This document shows, piece after piece, positions 25,501-39,300 of a stretch of 64,000 nt of DNA; positions within the stretch are counted from its first letter, which is position 1, and each line of letters starts with the position of its first letter. Both the position numbers and the translations under genes were made by a program. The stretch comes from Felis catus. Taxonomy: Eukaryota. Location: assembly GCF_018350175.1 (NCBI RefSeq), contig NC_058368.1, positions 170,254,001-170,318,000 of the forward strand, read 5' to 3'. The notes beneath the pieces were generated by a model. That model ran no database searches. It was not told where the DNA came from and was given only the letters and a program-made list of their open reading frames with translations.

Positions 25501-26284
25501 TAAATTTTGACAAAATATGATAGTTTGTAAAAATACCTTGACTTTGAAAAGTTGTCTGAAGTAGCTAAGAAAAGAAACAGACTAAAATTAGTTCTATTTT
25601 ATTGAATGAGTATATGATAAAGAAAATGCTTCCTGGTCTAGTATCTATTGAGATTGGTCATTCAGCTCCTACTGCTGTTTCAGCAACTCTCTACCGAGGA
25701 ACAAATATGAGTATATGAGCAGTTCTTACTGTTGAAGTAGCCACTTGGATAAAGGAGACACATGTAAGCAAATTATAGTACATCATGATTAGTACTGTGA
25801 TTAAACAAACTCCTTCTAGTGCCCAAGGGACACTTTGCATTAAGTTATTGGCAAGGATTTCAAAAAAAAGAACTGAAATCTGAGCTGTATGTTGAATTAT
25901 GAGTAGGAATTGATTTGTCAGAGAGGGACCCAATTTAATGGATGTCGGAAGGTCTGGGTAATAAGTGTCTTGTGCTTAAAATATTAGACATTTATGGGGT
26001 GGAATAACAGGAAGAGAGATGCTTCCTGAGATGCTTGATTGAAGTGTAGTTGTGCCTTTATAAGGGACTGTGGCTTTACACTCTATGGAGTTGGGAATCT
26101 CAGGTGTTTGTTTCAGTTTATGGGTTCTTTGGTCAAGGATTTACTCAAGTGACAGTGTTAAAAAAAAAGGCGGGGGGGTGACTGGTGTAGCCAGAGACTT
26201 GTAAAGAACTGTTACAGTAATCTAGGCCAGACTGAGAAGTCTGAAGTGTGGAAAAGAACAGAAAGGGATGAGCTGGATATACAG

Positions 26285-26499
26285 GTTTTTTGTTTTTTTT
26301 TTTAATTTGTTTATTTTGAGAGAGAGACAGCATGAGTGGGAGAGGAGTAGAGAGAGGGGGAGAGAGAGAGAATTCCAAGCAGCCTCTCACTGTCAGCACA
26401 GAGTCTGATGTGGGGCTCGAACTCATGGAACCGTAAGATCATAACCAGAGCCGAAACCAAGAGTCATATGCTTAACTGACTAAGCTACCCAGGCGCCCC
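26285..26499 (-). mobile_element. Felid SINE (intron 5)
   Basis: Flanked by ctggata on both sides. Confidence 0.92.
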
Positions 26500-26539
26500 T
26501 GGATAATTTTTCTGATAAATCCCAATTGTTAATTTATTT

Positions 26540-28900
26540 ATGTAGCTAATATTTCCTGACTACTTACTATGTGCTAGGTCCTGTGCTGGAAATCTGGTAT
26601 ACAGTGAGGAGAAAAAACAAAAGGTACCTGAGACCATGAAGCTTAGAATCTAGTAATATAAGGGACATTAAGTAAAATTAAGTAAAATTATTTTACTTAA
26701 TTTACATTAAGTAAAATAATCTTACTTAATTTACATTAAGTAAAATAATCTTACTTAATTTACATTAAGTAAAATAATCCCATTAATGAATAAATAACTA
26801 CAAATTGAGATTTGTTCCCTGAAGGAAAAGAAAAGGATCTGTGAAAATGTTAAAGGTTTAGGAACAGTGTCCCTAATAAAATAACACATAAACTGACATC
26901 TGAATGGTGATTAGGAGGCTGAGGCCCATTTGTGTGAAGACACTGTCACAAGGAGAACATGGAGAATTCGGGTAATTAAGAGAAAGCTCAAATGGCTGAA
27001 GCTCAGAGAGCAAAAGAGAGAGCAGTGTGACAGAATGCTGAAGAGGGAGGTGAGACCCAAGTGTATGACGTTTAGGCCACTTTAAGAATATTGAAGCGTT
27101 TTAGGTCAATGACATGACCTAAAGACATGAAGAGAGGTCAGTGACATTATCGGATTTATGTTTTTAAAGGATCATTGCAAATGGAGATGAAAATATTATA
27201 GGAGGACCAAACTAGGTAAAAGGATACATATTCACATGCTATAACATTAATCTAGGTGACAAATAATGGTAGCTCAGACCATTGGGTGGCGTCTTCTGAG
27301 ATAGATCTAAGTGGATACTTTTGCAATATATTTAGGTAAAACTGATGGAACTTGGTGATAGACTAGGGATGGTAGGTGATAGAGGAGGAGCTATCCTCAA
27401 TGACTTCTAGGATTTTGGCTTATGTAACTAGATGTCAAATAAAGCCATTCTCGGAAGTACAGCATATTTTTTTATTTAATTCTAACTTTTTTGGAGCAGG
27501 GTTGACCTTTCTTAGGGGAAAGCTTAGTCATAGCAGACAAGGAAGCAAAGCAGTAACCCAAAGTGATTCACAGATTTGATTCACATGAGAGGAATGAGCT
27601 TTGGGGCTCTCCTAGACTGAAGTGCCTTAACTGCACAGTGATCAGGAGATAGAACAAGTGAGACAGTATGGATTCACCAATATTTACATTTTTATACTCA
27701 TTTTGATCCATCTGAGAGAAAAAGAACAAATCTGTAGTGTCCATTAAGTCATCAAGCTTAGAGTTTTGCAGTATTACTTCTTAAAAAAAAAAGTATATAT
27801 AACTCAGGATCATCATCTGTGATCTCTTTCTTTATCTAGTGCCCAGATCCCTCCCTTGTCCTCCCATAGATCTTCTCCAAGGTGGAGTGAGTGAGACTAT
27901 GTGTTACTCTACCCTGAAGTACCCTTTACTTTCCTGTAGGATTTCTCATATTCATGTAAGGACCACCTGTAACCAAGATTACCTGTGTAGTTCAGTCTTT
28001 CACAAAACCCATTTGGTTGATCTCCAACTTCATTTGACTCATTATTTGTAGTTTTACCAATATAAATACCTAGCAGTTTCTGCTTATGTTATCTGTTTCT
28101 TTTAACCATTCCTCTGAATTCACTAACTTTGAACATACTCTGTTTTAAACACAATGAAATCTTTCACCAATTAGGAGATTTCCCTTTGATTAACAGTTTC
28201 TAGTTGGGGAACACAGTAGAGTCTAAGAGTAGGAAAGAAAGATCATAAGCTTGATATTGGACAAGTTCATTTTTAGATGCTTTGCCATATCCAGGGAGAG
28301 TTATCAGGAGACAGATGATACACATGGTTGATACAGAGAAATTTAAACTGAAGGTAATCGATTTGGGAGGTTTTTGAAGCCATCATCTTGGATGACATTG
28401 CCTTAGGAAGGAGCATAATATATAAAATAAGAAGAGGGCCTTTTCATTTAGGAACTCTAGAATAGGTGGCTGGACTAAGAAAATACTTCAGCAAAGGAGT
28501 CAAAAGTAGAGATTAGAAGGGAGGAGAAAAATCCAGAAGATTGTGGTGGGATAGTGGAATACAGGGACAGTGGGCTTCAAGAAGGAGGGAAGAACCTGGG
28601 GGCTGATGGCCATTGAAAGGGCAAATTAGGTATATACAACATCCAGTGTTTATCACAATCCTTAATACCTATCCTCCTGCCCACTTCCCCTCCAGCAACC
28701 CTCAGACTTAAAAATGTCCATTGGATTTAGTGGCATGGAGGTAATGGGGACCTTGACAAGAGCTGTTTTTGTAAAATAATGGAGTAGAAGCCAATTTGGA
28801 GTGGGTTCAGGGGTGAGTGGGGAGCTTAGGATGTGGAAATAGCAAGTTTAGAAAGTTGGCTGTGCAGAGGAAAGGTGAAGAGAAGTAGCTGAAAGATGGG
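26540..28900 (-). mobile_element. Fragmented L2 LINE relics in intron 5
   Basis: tacttactatgtgctaggtcctgtgctgg; tttttaaaggatcattgc; cattggatttagtggcatggaggtaatggggaccttgacaagagc. Confidence 0.55.
26665..26779. repeat. AT-rich 29-bp minisatellite with palindromic units
   Basis: ACATTAAGTAAAATAATCTTACTTAATTT at 26704-26732 and 26733-26761, a partial third copy, and a preceding perfect palindrome at 26675-26703. Confidence 0.95.
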
Positions 28901-30554
28901 TTTGGTTGAGGGAAGATTTTTTTTTTAGGAGGTCAGCTGTCTGAACATATGAAAATAAGAGATAATGGTAAGTAAAGGCTATTTAAAAATAGAGTTATTT
29001 AAAATTCTGTTGCTTTTGTATATTGATTATGCATGGGAACATGTATATCAATCTCTCAGATGGAGAACTATTTTAAGAAAAAGCAAGTCATTTCTCTTAA
29101 TTTTGTTGCTCTTTTTCAAGGGGAGGTTTTGCTTGTGAAAATAGTGAGTTAAATATATTTACTCATCTTCTGGTATTTCTGGTAATGAAATAGAAAGAAG
29201 TGTAATCACAAGTAGATTTTTATACTACTGTCTTTCTTGAAGCATTTAAATGTGCTAATTTAGATTTCTAGAGCTGTGGCAATAAGTTTACCCACAGATA
29301 CATACTTGATTCTAAATTTCATTTTCCCCATTTTTACTAGTCTTATTAATGTTAAGAATTGGCAATAGTGATTCGTATTGTATTCAAAGGTGAAGTAGCC
29401 CAGTCCTTACAGAAATACAGATCACAGACCCATCTGTCTATAATGTTAATGATGATTTCATCCTTAAAATCAACGTTATAATCCCCTTTGATACTTTTTG
29501 AGGCCATGATAAGAGTAATAGCAGTGCCCTGATGATTTACAAACCATGTAGCATATATTGTTTTACAATCAGAAAGTCTCTGTCAAAAACTGGGAAGCTT
29601 CATCTTTTTTATATTTTTCATCTAAATCACTGGTGGTCATCTCAGCTATATTTTTCTGCGGCTGTTCAGGCCTAATATAATAGTCTTAGTATTAATTTAA
29701 TCAGAATGTGACCCAGAAACCTCTCTAAGGTCTTCTTAATCAGAGGTGGTTGGGCTGTTTTCTAAAAGTTTTTCTGCAAATCTTTCATTTTCTTAAAAAG
29801 TCCACATACCACCTATGTTATAATTGTATGGACTTTGTTTTTAGAAGACTTATTAGTGATTATTTTCTACACCTTTAAATATAAAATATATTTATTTCCT
29901 ACCTCCTTATATTCACTCCTTTCAAATAGAAAATGTTTTCTCGGCTTCCTGCCGTGGCCGTGGTACAGCGGGTGCCCATTCCCTCAGGGGAATGGGTCAC
30001 ATTGTGATTAAATTAATACTAAGACTATTATATTAGGCCTGAACAACCACAGAAAAATATGGCTGAAATGACCACCAATGATTTAAATGAAAAATATAAA
30101 AAAGATGAACTGCGGACAGCAGTTTTCCTTGTTTCATGCTTTATTTTGACATGGCAAACCCCTTCTTGTTCTCCTGCCTCGCCCCCTTCTCCCCGTCTCC
30201 TGTCCCTCTCTCTGCCTTCTCATTTTATTCTGCCTCCTCACTGACTTTCCCTTTTGCTCTCATTCCATATTCTTTTCTCCTTTTTGACTTTTCTCTTGAA
30301 ACAGCTTTCTCCTTTTTTGTTTTTGTAGCTCACCTCTCGTCTTCTTCTTTTTCCTTTTCTGGTTTCCACGGGTAACCTCAATAGCAGGAAGCACACAGTC
30401 CTCAACCTTACTTCCAGACCAGGTGTTTTGCCTGTCTCCTGATCATGTCCCCGTGGGTCTTCTTACCTTCATTTGTCTCATAAGTAAAACAAATCGGACC
30501 ACCACTGTTCTGCCTACGTCACAGGATGCCTTCTTGTATCAAATGAGATGAGAG

Positions 30555-30775
30555 GCAGTGCTGGCAGAGTGTGCAGACTTCAAGTCCCAGAGACCTGGGT
30601 TTAGAACCCAGTTCCACCACTAAGTAGTTGTATGGCTTTGGGTGAGTTATGAATCCTCTCCGAGCTTATTTCCTCATCGATGAAATGGGGATAACAGGGT
30701 CATTGTGAGAGTCAGAAATAATTCACGCAAAGCACTTTGCACAGTGCCTGGCATACAGTAGGTCACACAATTAAT
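30555..30775 (+). mobile_element. MIR SINE
   Basis: agacctgggtttagaacccagttccaccact...tttcctcatcgatgaaatggggataa...cacagtgcctggcatacagtagg. Weaker MIR relics lie at ~41985-42175(-), ~48215-48410(-) and ~58695-58925(+). Confidence 0.8.
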
Positions 30776-31259
30776 GTCATCAGAGTAAGGCAAGACGCTG
30801 TGGAAACTCAGTGCTACGCAAAGGTTGTGTCATTCATTCTGCATTACAGTTACTTGATTTTATTTTGTTTTTAAATTCTCATTCTTAGTTATTTTTTAAA
30901 GCTTTTTCTTCCTTTAGCCTATTCATTGTCTCCTCCTCTCCCCAACAATTCTTTCTTCCTCAGCCTGTCATTTTTATATCTCCTTCTTTAAGTTTTCATA
31001 TTATTTTTTATAATCAGTTATAGCTCTTTGTCCTCTGTCAGCCACTTCCTGCAGCACATAGAAAAACAGCTGGGATTTTTTTTTTCTTTTTAAACCAACA
31101 TAATTGTTTAAGTGTGTGCCAGAAAGGAAAATGTTTACATTAGAATATATTTCTCCTACAGATTTTTTTTAATTAAAATCGATTACCTTTTTGAAAATCA
31201 GGCTGATTCAAGGTGTTTCAAATAACATGGCTTTTGTTTTATTCAAATTTATTTTTTAG

Positions 31260-31316
31260 AGAGATTTCACATAAATGGAATCCTAAACAAATAGGAGAAC
31301 ACCTTCTACTGAAATC
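31260..31316 (+). CDS. SLC25A46: SLC25A46 coding exon 6
   Basis: attttttag|A...AAATC|gtaagt. 57 nt, (R)EISHKWNPKQIGEHLLLK(S). Confidence 0.96.
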
Positions 31317-32559
31317 GTAAGTATCAAAAGTGGCACTAATATTGAAAATTTCCATTAATTTTTATAGTGTTAGAACTGAAAAAAAATCTTAGTATGGTGA
31401 AGAAAGAGCAATAAGATATTTGTGGGACTAGAACTTCAAAAGGCAAATAACAGGAATGAACGAAGAATAAAATCCTGAAATACATACATTATCTTTAAAA
31501 TAAATCTTTCTAATTTGAAAGGCTGAAATCACAACCTAATTTTTATCTGTGTTCTTAGGAAGTTAGCAAAGGTCTTCAGTTTGTTTAACCCAAATTGCCA
31601 GAAAAATTATCATTTAATTATTAAGCAGAGACAAAAATTTATCTGTAAAGTGATGAGCAAATTCAAACCTTAGCGTTATTAAAATGTAGTCCTAAAGTCA
31701 CTTAGTGATTTTACAACACTGACCATTTTTGTAGTTTAGAATTTTACCCTTCACTTTTTAATTTTTTTTGAAGATTGTGAATTGGAAATCCCCCAGCTTG
31801 CTGGCTCCCTCTGTGGGACATTCCAGCACATTATTACTTAGGATGTTCCATTCACCTTGAAAACTACTACTTGCCAGGACCTGGCCCCATAGGGTTAGGT
31901 AAGTCCCACCTTGATATTATTTTAAATAACTATATTTTGCAGGCTTGCAAAGTTGTAATATTACTATGTCTAATTAGTGGTGATAAGAAACAACTTTGCA
32001 AAGCTGTACAATATTGTTTTTTGATAATAAAAGGGGACTTGACTCACCATTGAAGACTGGCTTAGCTCTGCTGGGTGGGAAATCTGGGAATGGATAATGA
32101 GAATATATAGGATAATAGCAGAACAGTTTACTTGTTCAAATGTCACTAAAAAGGCAGACAATGGAATGGATCCCTCATCCTAACTTCTAAGTATCAGATT
32201 TATAGGCTACATTGGCTATGTGCAGGTAGACAACAAGGCTACATTAGCTATGTGCAGGTTGGACAGTGAATCGTAACTAAGCATACGTTTTACTGGTTTA
32301 AAATAAAATCTGTTTTCCTTGCAGCCTTTCCCTGTGTAAAATTTAATACTTAAATTTTCATTGCCAGCTGTTGAATAAGGCATCTTATAGATATTAATAG
32401 TTGAAGTAGATACTAACAGGCTATAGATATTAATTGTTGAAACCCTTAAATATATTCAGGCTTGAATATAAATTATGCTGATATATTACAGTCGATACTA
32501 AACATGTAGTGGAAGCATGTGGTTTCCGTGTACTGATAAATTTGTTTTAATTTCTACAG

Positions 32560-32617
32560 CCTCACTTACATGGTGGCAATGCCTTTTTACTCAGCAAGTC
32601 TGATTGAAACAGTACAG
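32560..32617 (+). CDS. SLC25A46: SLC25A46 coding exon 7
   Basis: tttctacag|C...CAG|gtgagc. 58 nt, (S)LTYMVAMPFYSASLIETVQ. Confidence 0.96.
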
Positions 32618-33243
32618 GTGAGCTACTCTTCGTTGTCATTTTTTAGTTAAAAACATTTTTTGGAATACTCAATATATTATTTATATCAGATTCTGATTGT
32701 ATACCAGACAAACTTAAGACAGTATCCTTTTAAAATTTGTATCTCACAGATACCACACATATCTCAGAGATTATATTCTAGGCACACTGTTGGTGTGGAT
32801 CTTTCCTTTGCACACTTACTTCACACTTGTAGTTTTAATTTTTTATCCTTTCAATAGGCAGCTGTACTCTTCATTCAACTGTCTCAGACCCCAGCCTATG
32901 ACTTACTCCGATTACAAAGAACCTATAGGGGTTGTTCTGTTTTGTTTTTTCAACCTTTTAAGACACTTAATGTACAACTCAAATGCTTATGGCTTGTCAC
33001 TGGACAGTAAATTGCTAATTACCTGAGCATAAAACATGCTGGAGAATCATCCTAACAGTGATCAGGTCGTCCCATTTGTAGTCTACTAACAGTATTCTTT
33101 TTAAGTATGCCTTTTAAGGAACATTTGATGCCATGGCATGTTAAGTACTACAGAGCTAAAGCAGTCTCCTGTCAGCATTTTACAGCGTTTTACCATTTCT
33201 AACCACATGGTGGTGCTTCAAACACATTGTATTAATGTACTTC

Positions 33244-33245
33244 TT

Positions 33246-33309
<64 letters not shown>

Positions 33310-36300
33310 TTTAAATTCAACTTAGTTAACATACAGTGTAGTCTTGGCTTCAGGAGTAGAACCAGTGCTTCATCTCTTACATATGACACCCAGTGCTCGT
33401 CCCAACAGATGCCCTTCTCAATGCCCATCACCCATCTAACCCATCCCCCAACCCACCTCTCATCTAACAACCCCCAGTTTGTTCTCTGTATTTAAGAGTC
33501 TCTTATGGTTTGCCTCCCTCTGTATGTTAATCTTATTTTCCTTCCCTTCCTCATGTTCATCTGTTTGGTTTCTTAAATTCCACATTTGAGTGAACTCATA
33601 CATTTATCTTTCTCTGACTGACTTACTTCCTTCAGCATAATATAGTGTAGTTCCATCCACATTGTTGCAAATGGCAAGATATCATTCTTTTTGATCGCCA
33701 AGTAATATGCCAATGCGTATATACACCATATCTTCTTTATCTATTCATCAGTTGATGGACATTTGGGCTCTTTCCATAATTTGGCTCCGGATAGTGCTGC
33801 TATAAACATTGTGATGCATGTGCCCCTTTGAATCAGCATTTTTGTATCATTTGGATAAAGTCCTATTAGTGCAATTGCTGGGTCATAGGGTTTTTCTATT
33901 TTTAATTCTTTGAGGAACCTCCGTACTGTTTTCCAGTGTGGCTGCACCAGTTTGTATTCCCACCAACAGTACAAAAGGGTTCCCTTTTCTCTGAATCCTT
34001 GTCAACATATTTTGTTTCCTGAAGTTGTTCATTTTAGCCATTCTGACAAGTGTGAAGTGTTATCTCATTGTGGTTTTGATTTGTATTTCCCTGATGATGA
34101 GTGATGTTGAGCATCTTTTCATGTGTCTGTTAGCCATCTGAATATTTTCTTGAAGAGTCTATTCATGTCCTCTGCCCATTTCTTCAATGGATTATTTGTA
34201 TTTTGGGTGTTAAGCTTGGTAAGTTCTTTATAGATTTTGGATACTAACCCTTTATCTGATACATCATTTGCAAATATCTTCTCCCATTCTGTCAGTTGCC
34301 TTTTAGTTTTGTTGATTGTCCTTTGCTGTGCAGAAGCTTTTTATCTTGATGAGGTCCTAGTAGTTCATTTTTGCTTTCATTTCCCTTGCCTCCAGAGACA
34401 TGGCAAATAAGAAGTTACTGTGGTCGAGGTCAAAGAGGTTGCTGCCTCTTTTCTCCTCTATGATTTTGATGGTTTCCTGTCTTGCATTTAGGTCTTTCAT
34501 CCATTTTGAATTTATTTTTGTGTACTGTGTACGAAAGTAGTCCCATTTCATTCTTCATGTCGCTGTCCAGTTCTCCCAGCACCATTTGCTAAAGAGACTG
34601 TCTTTTTTTCCATTGGATATTCTTTCCTGCTTTGTTGAAGCTTAGTTGGCCATATGTTTGTGGGTCCATTTCTGGGTTCTCTGTTCTATTCCTTTGGTCT
34701 ATATGTCTGTTTTTATGCCAATACTTGTCTTGATGATTACAGCTTTGTAATACAGCTTGAAGTCTGGAATTGTGATACCTCCAGCTTTGGTTTTCTTTTT
34801 CAGGATTGCTTTGGCTATTCAGGGTCTTTTCTGGTTCCATACAAATTTTAGGATCATTTGTTCAAGCTCTGTGAAGAATGCTGGTGTTATTTTGATAGAG
34901 GTTGCATTGAATGTGTATATTGCTTTGGGTAGTGTTGACAATTTAACAATATTTGTCCTTCCATGAGCATGGATTATTTTTCCATTTCTTTGTGTCTTTT
35001 TCAATTTCTTTTATAAGCTTTCTATAGTTTTTAGCATCTAGAACTTTTACCTCTTTAGTTAGGCTTATTCGTAGGTATCTTACGGTTTTTGGTGCAATTG
35101 TAAATGGGACTGATTCCTTGATATCTCTTTCTGCTGCTTCATTTTTGGTGTATAGAAATGCAACCGATTTTTGTACATTGATTTTATATCCTGTGACTTT
35201 ACTGCTCTAGTAGTTTTTTGTTGGAATCTTTGGGTTTTCCCAGTCAAGCGAGCATCCTGCCATCTGCGAAGAGTGAAAGTTTGATTTCCTCCTGGCCAAT
35301 TTGGATGCTTTTTATTTCTTTTTGTTGTCTGATTGCTGAGGCTAGGACTTAACAGTACTATGTTGAACAACAGTGATGACAGTGGACATCCTTGTCGTGT
35401 TCCTGACCTTAGGGGGAAAGCTCTCAGATTTTCCCCATTAAGGATGATGTTAGCTGTGGGTCTTTCATATATGGCTTTTATGATTTTAAGGTGTGTTCCT
35501 TCTATCTCTGCTTACTTGTATACTTGCTCTTTATCAAGAAACGATACTGTATTTTGTCAAATGCTTTTTCTGCATCTATTGAAAGGATTGTTTGGTTCTT
35601 ATTCTTTCTTTTATTAATGTGATGTATCACGTTGATTGATTTGCAAATATTGAACCAGCCCTGGAAGCCCAAGAATAAATCCCACTTGATCATGGTGAAT
35701 AATTCTTTTGATGTACTGTTGAATTTGATTTGCTGGTATCTTGTTGAGAATTTTTGCATCCAGTTTCATCAGTGATAGTGGCTTATAAGTCTCCTTTTTA
35801 GTGGGTCTTTGTCTGGTTTTGGAATCAAGGTGATGGTGGCTTCATAGAATGAGTTTGGAAGTTTTCCTTCCCTTTCTGTTTTTTAGAACAGTTGAGGAAA
35901 ATAGGTATTAGGTCTTCTTTAAATATCTGGTAGAATTCCCTGGGAAGCCATGAGGCCCAGGACTTTTGTTTTGGGGGAGATTTTTGATAACCGCTTCAAT
36001 TTCTTTGCTGGTTTTGGGCCTGTTCAAATTTTCTGTTTCTTCCTGTTTGAGTTTTGGTAGTGTATGAGTGTCTAGGAATTTGTCCATTTCTTCCAGATTG
36101 TCCTATTTATTGGCATATAATTTTAAATAGTATTCTCTTATAATTGTATTTCTGTGGTGTTGATTGTGATCTCTCCTCTTTCATTTGTGATTTTATCTAT
36201 TTGGGTCCTTTTATCTGAGTTATTTCCCTTCTTCTGCTGGCTTTAGGCTTTATTTGCTGCTCCTTTTCTAGCTCCTTTAGGTGTTGTGTATTTGGGACCC

Positions 36301-39300
36301 TTCTTGCTTCTTGAGATAGGCCTGAATTGCAATGTATTTTTCTCTTAGCACTGCCTTTGCTGTATCCCAAAGGGTTTGGACTGTCAGTTTTTATTTTCAT
36401 TGACTTCCATGTATATTTTAATTCCTTCTGTAATTTCCTGATTAATCCATTCATTCTTTAGTAGAATGTTCTTTAACTCTATGTATTTGAGGCCTTTCCA
36501 CATTTTTTCTTGTGATTAGGTTTCATAGTTTTGTGATCTGAAAACATGCATGGTATGATCTAAATCTTTTTGTACTTGTTGAGGGCTGATTTGTGACCCA
36601 ATAAGTGATCTATTCTGGAGAATGTTCCATGTGCACTTGAGAAGAATGTGTATTCTGCTGCTTTAGGATGAAATGTTCTGAATATATCTCTTAAGTCCAT
36701 CTGGTCCAGTGTGTCATTAGTAGCCATTGTTTCTTTGTTGATTTTCTGCTTAGATAATCTGTCCATTGTTGTAAGAAGAGTACTAAATTCTCCTATAATT
36801 ATGGTATTATTATCAATAAGTTTGCTTATGTTTGTGATTGTTTTATGTATTGGGGTGCATACAAGTTGGGGGCATAAATATTTATAATTGTTAGCTCTTC
36901 TCAATGATTAGACCTCTTAATTGTAATATAATGCCCTTCTTTATCTCTTGTTACAGCCTTTGTTTTAAAATCGAGTTTGTCTGGGGTGCCTGGGTGGCTC
37001 TGTTGGTTAAGGATCTGACTTCAGCTCAGGTCATGATCTTGCAGTCTATGAGCTCAAGCCCCACGTCGGGCTCTATGCTGACAGCTCAGAGCCTGGAGCC
37101 TAATTTGGATTCTGTGTCTCCCTCTATTTCTGCTCCTCCCCCACATTCATTCATTCATTCATCCTCTTTCTCTCTCTCTCTCTCAAAAATAAATAAATAA
37201 ACATTTTTTTAAAGATTAAAATAGAGTGTCTGATAGAAGTATGGCTACTTTGGCTTTCTTTTGTTCTACATTAGCATGATAGATGGTTTTCCATCTCTTC
37301 ACTTTCAGTGTGCAGGTTTACTCAAGTCTGAAATGAGTCTTTTGTAGGCAGCACGTAAATGGATCTTGTTTTCTTAATCCATTCTGATATCCTTTATCTT
37401 TGATTGGAGCAGTTAGTCCATTTACACTCAGAGTGATTATTGAAAGATACAAATTTAGTGCCATTGTGTTATCTGTGGATTTCATGTTGATTTGGATGTT
37501 CTCTGGTCCTTTTTAGTCTTTGCTGCTTTCCACTCACAGAATCCTCCTTAGAATTTCTTGCAGGGCTGGTTTAGTGGTCATGAACTCCTTTAGTTTTTGT
37601 TTGGGAAAGTTTGTCTCTCCTTCTATTCTGAATGCCAGCCTTGCCGGATAAAGGATTCTTGGCTGCCTATTTCTCCTATTCAGCACATTGAATATTTTCT
37701 GCCAGTCCCTTCTGGCCTGCCAAGTTTCAGTGGACAGGTCTGCTACTGGACCCTTATGTGTCTATCCTGGTAGGTAAAGCACCTTTTGTCCCTAGCTGCT
37801 TTCAGAATTCTCTCTCTTTATATTTGGAAGGTTTCACTGACATGTCATGGGATTGACCTGTTTTTGTTGTGTTTGAAGGGAGTTCTCTGTGCTTCTTGGA
37901 CTTGGATGTCTGTTTCCTTCCCCAGATTAGGGAAGTTCTCAATTATTTGTTCAGATAAATCTTCTGCCCCTTTTTCTTGCTCTACTTCTGGGACTCCTAT
38001 GATATGGATATTGTTTGGTTTCATGGAATCACTTAGTTCTCTAATTCTCCCCTCATGATCTAATAATTTCCTTTCCTTCTTTTTTTCAGCTTCACTATTT
38101 TCTATAATTTTATCTTCTATTTCACGTATCCTCTCCTCTGCTTCTTCATTTCTTGCTGTCACCATATCTAGTTTTTTTTGCATCTCAATTATAGCATTTT
38201 CTAATTCATGACTATTTCTTAGGTTTTTGGTCTGCAGCAAAGGTTTCTCTGGTGTCTTCTCTGCTTTTTTCTAAGCCCATCTATTAGTCATATGACTTTT
38301 GTTCTAAATTATTGTTCAAATATTTTGTTTCTGTTTTGAGCAAGTATCTGGCTTGATTTCTTCTTGACCTTTCTTTTGGGGAGAATTCATCGGTCTTGCC
38401 ATTTTGGCTAAGTTTCTGTCTTTTGTGTGTCTTACAAGCTTGTTATGTGTCCTGCACCTAAGAGTACTGCTACATGAAAAAGGAATTGCACACAGTCCAG
38501 GGCCTGGCACTCCAGGAAGTGTGTCTGGTATATGTTGCATGCACTCTGCTGTTGCATTTTGGCTGCTCTATCCCACTTGTCAGTCCTCTACAGAGCTCCA
38601 CCTTGCTGGCAGTGGTGGACTGTTTGGACCTTTAACTAGGTGTGCAGTGATTTGTTTGTTGAGGTAGCATGGGGAAAAAAAAAAGTGTGGGGGAGCCTGA
38701 TCCCATAAAAAGAGAAAAAGGAAAGGGGAGAAAAGGAAGCCAAACAGAGAATCAAAAAACCATAAGCCTGATTCCAAAGAAAGAGGGAGAAAAAAAATGA
38801 AGAAAAATAAGCAGAAGAAAGGAGAACAGAACAAGAATAAATTTTTTTAAAAAGCCTGATCAAAAAATATATATAATAAGAAATGACAAAAAACTAATCA
38901 GAAACTGTGACCCTGATTCCAAAGAAAAAAAGAAGCAGAAGGAAAGAAAGAGAGGAAAAAGAAAAAAAAAGTCTGTTGGTTCCTGGGGCTGGTGGCTATG
39001 CTGGTCTGGAAGAGAGGCCGGCTGCATTGGGTCAGTCAGTCTTGCCCCAGTAAATAAGCAGTTGCCAGACGTGGAGGGGCAGAATTTGGGTTGCTCTCTG
39101 AAGTCCCAGCATTTTGGTATTGGAGGAAAGATGGCATCACCCCAATCTCTCGTTCTTGGACTGGGGATCTCAACCCCTGCAGTTCAGGCAGCCCTTAAAG
39201 AATAGCGAGGACCGTCAGCTTACCCTGCACCTCAGTCATCCTGAGCCTTTCCTTTGGCACTCGGCTGGGATTCAAAACCTGATGTCTTGAAGGACCTGGC

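Noticed and set aside
26665..26779. CRISPR-like look of the palindromic 29-bp repeats
   Set aside because: No unique spacers, no cas genes, and a mammalian intron context.
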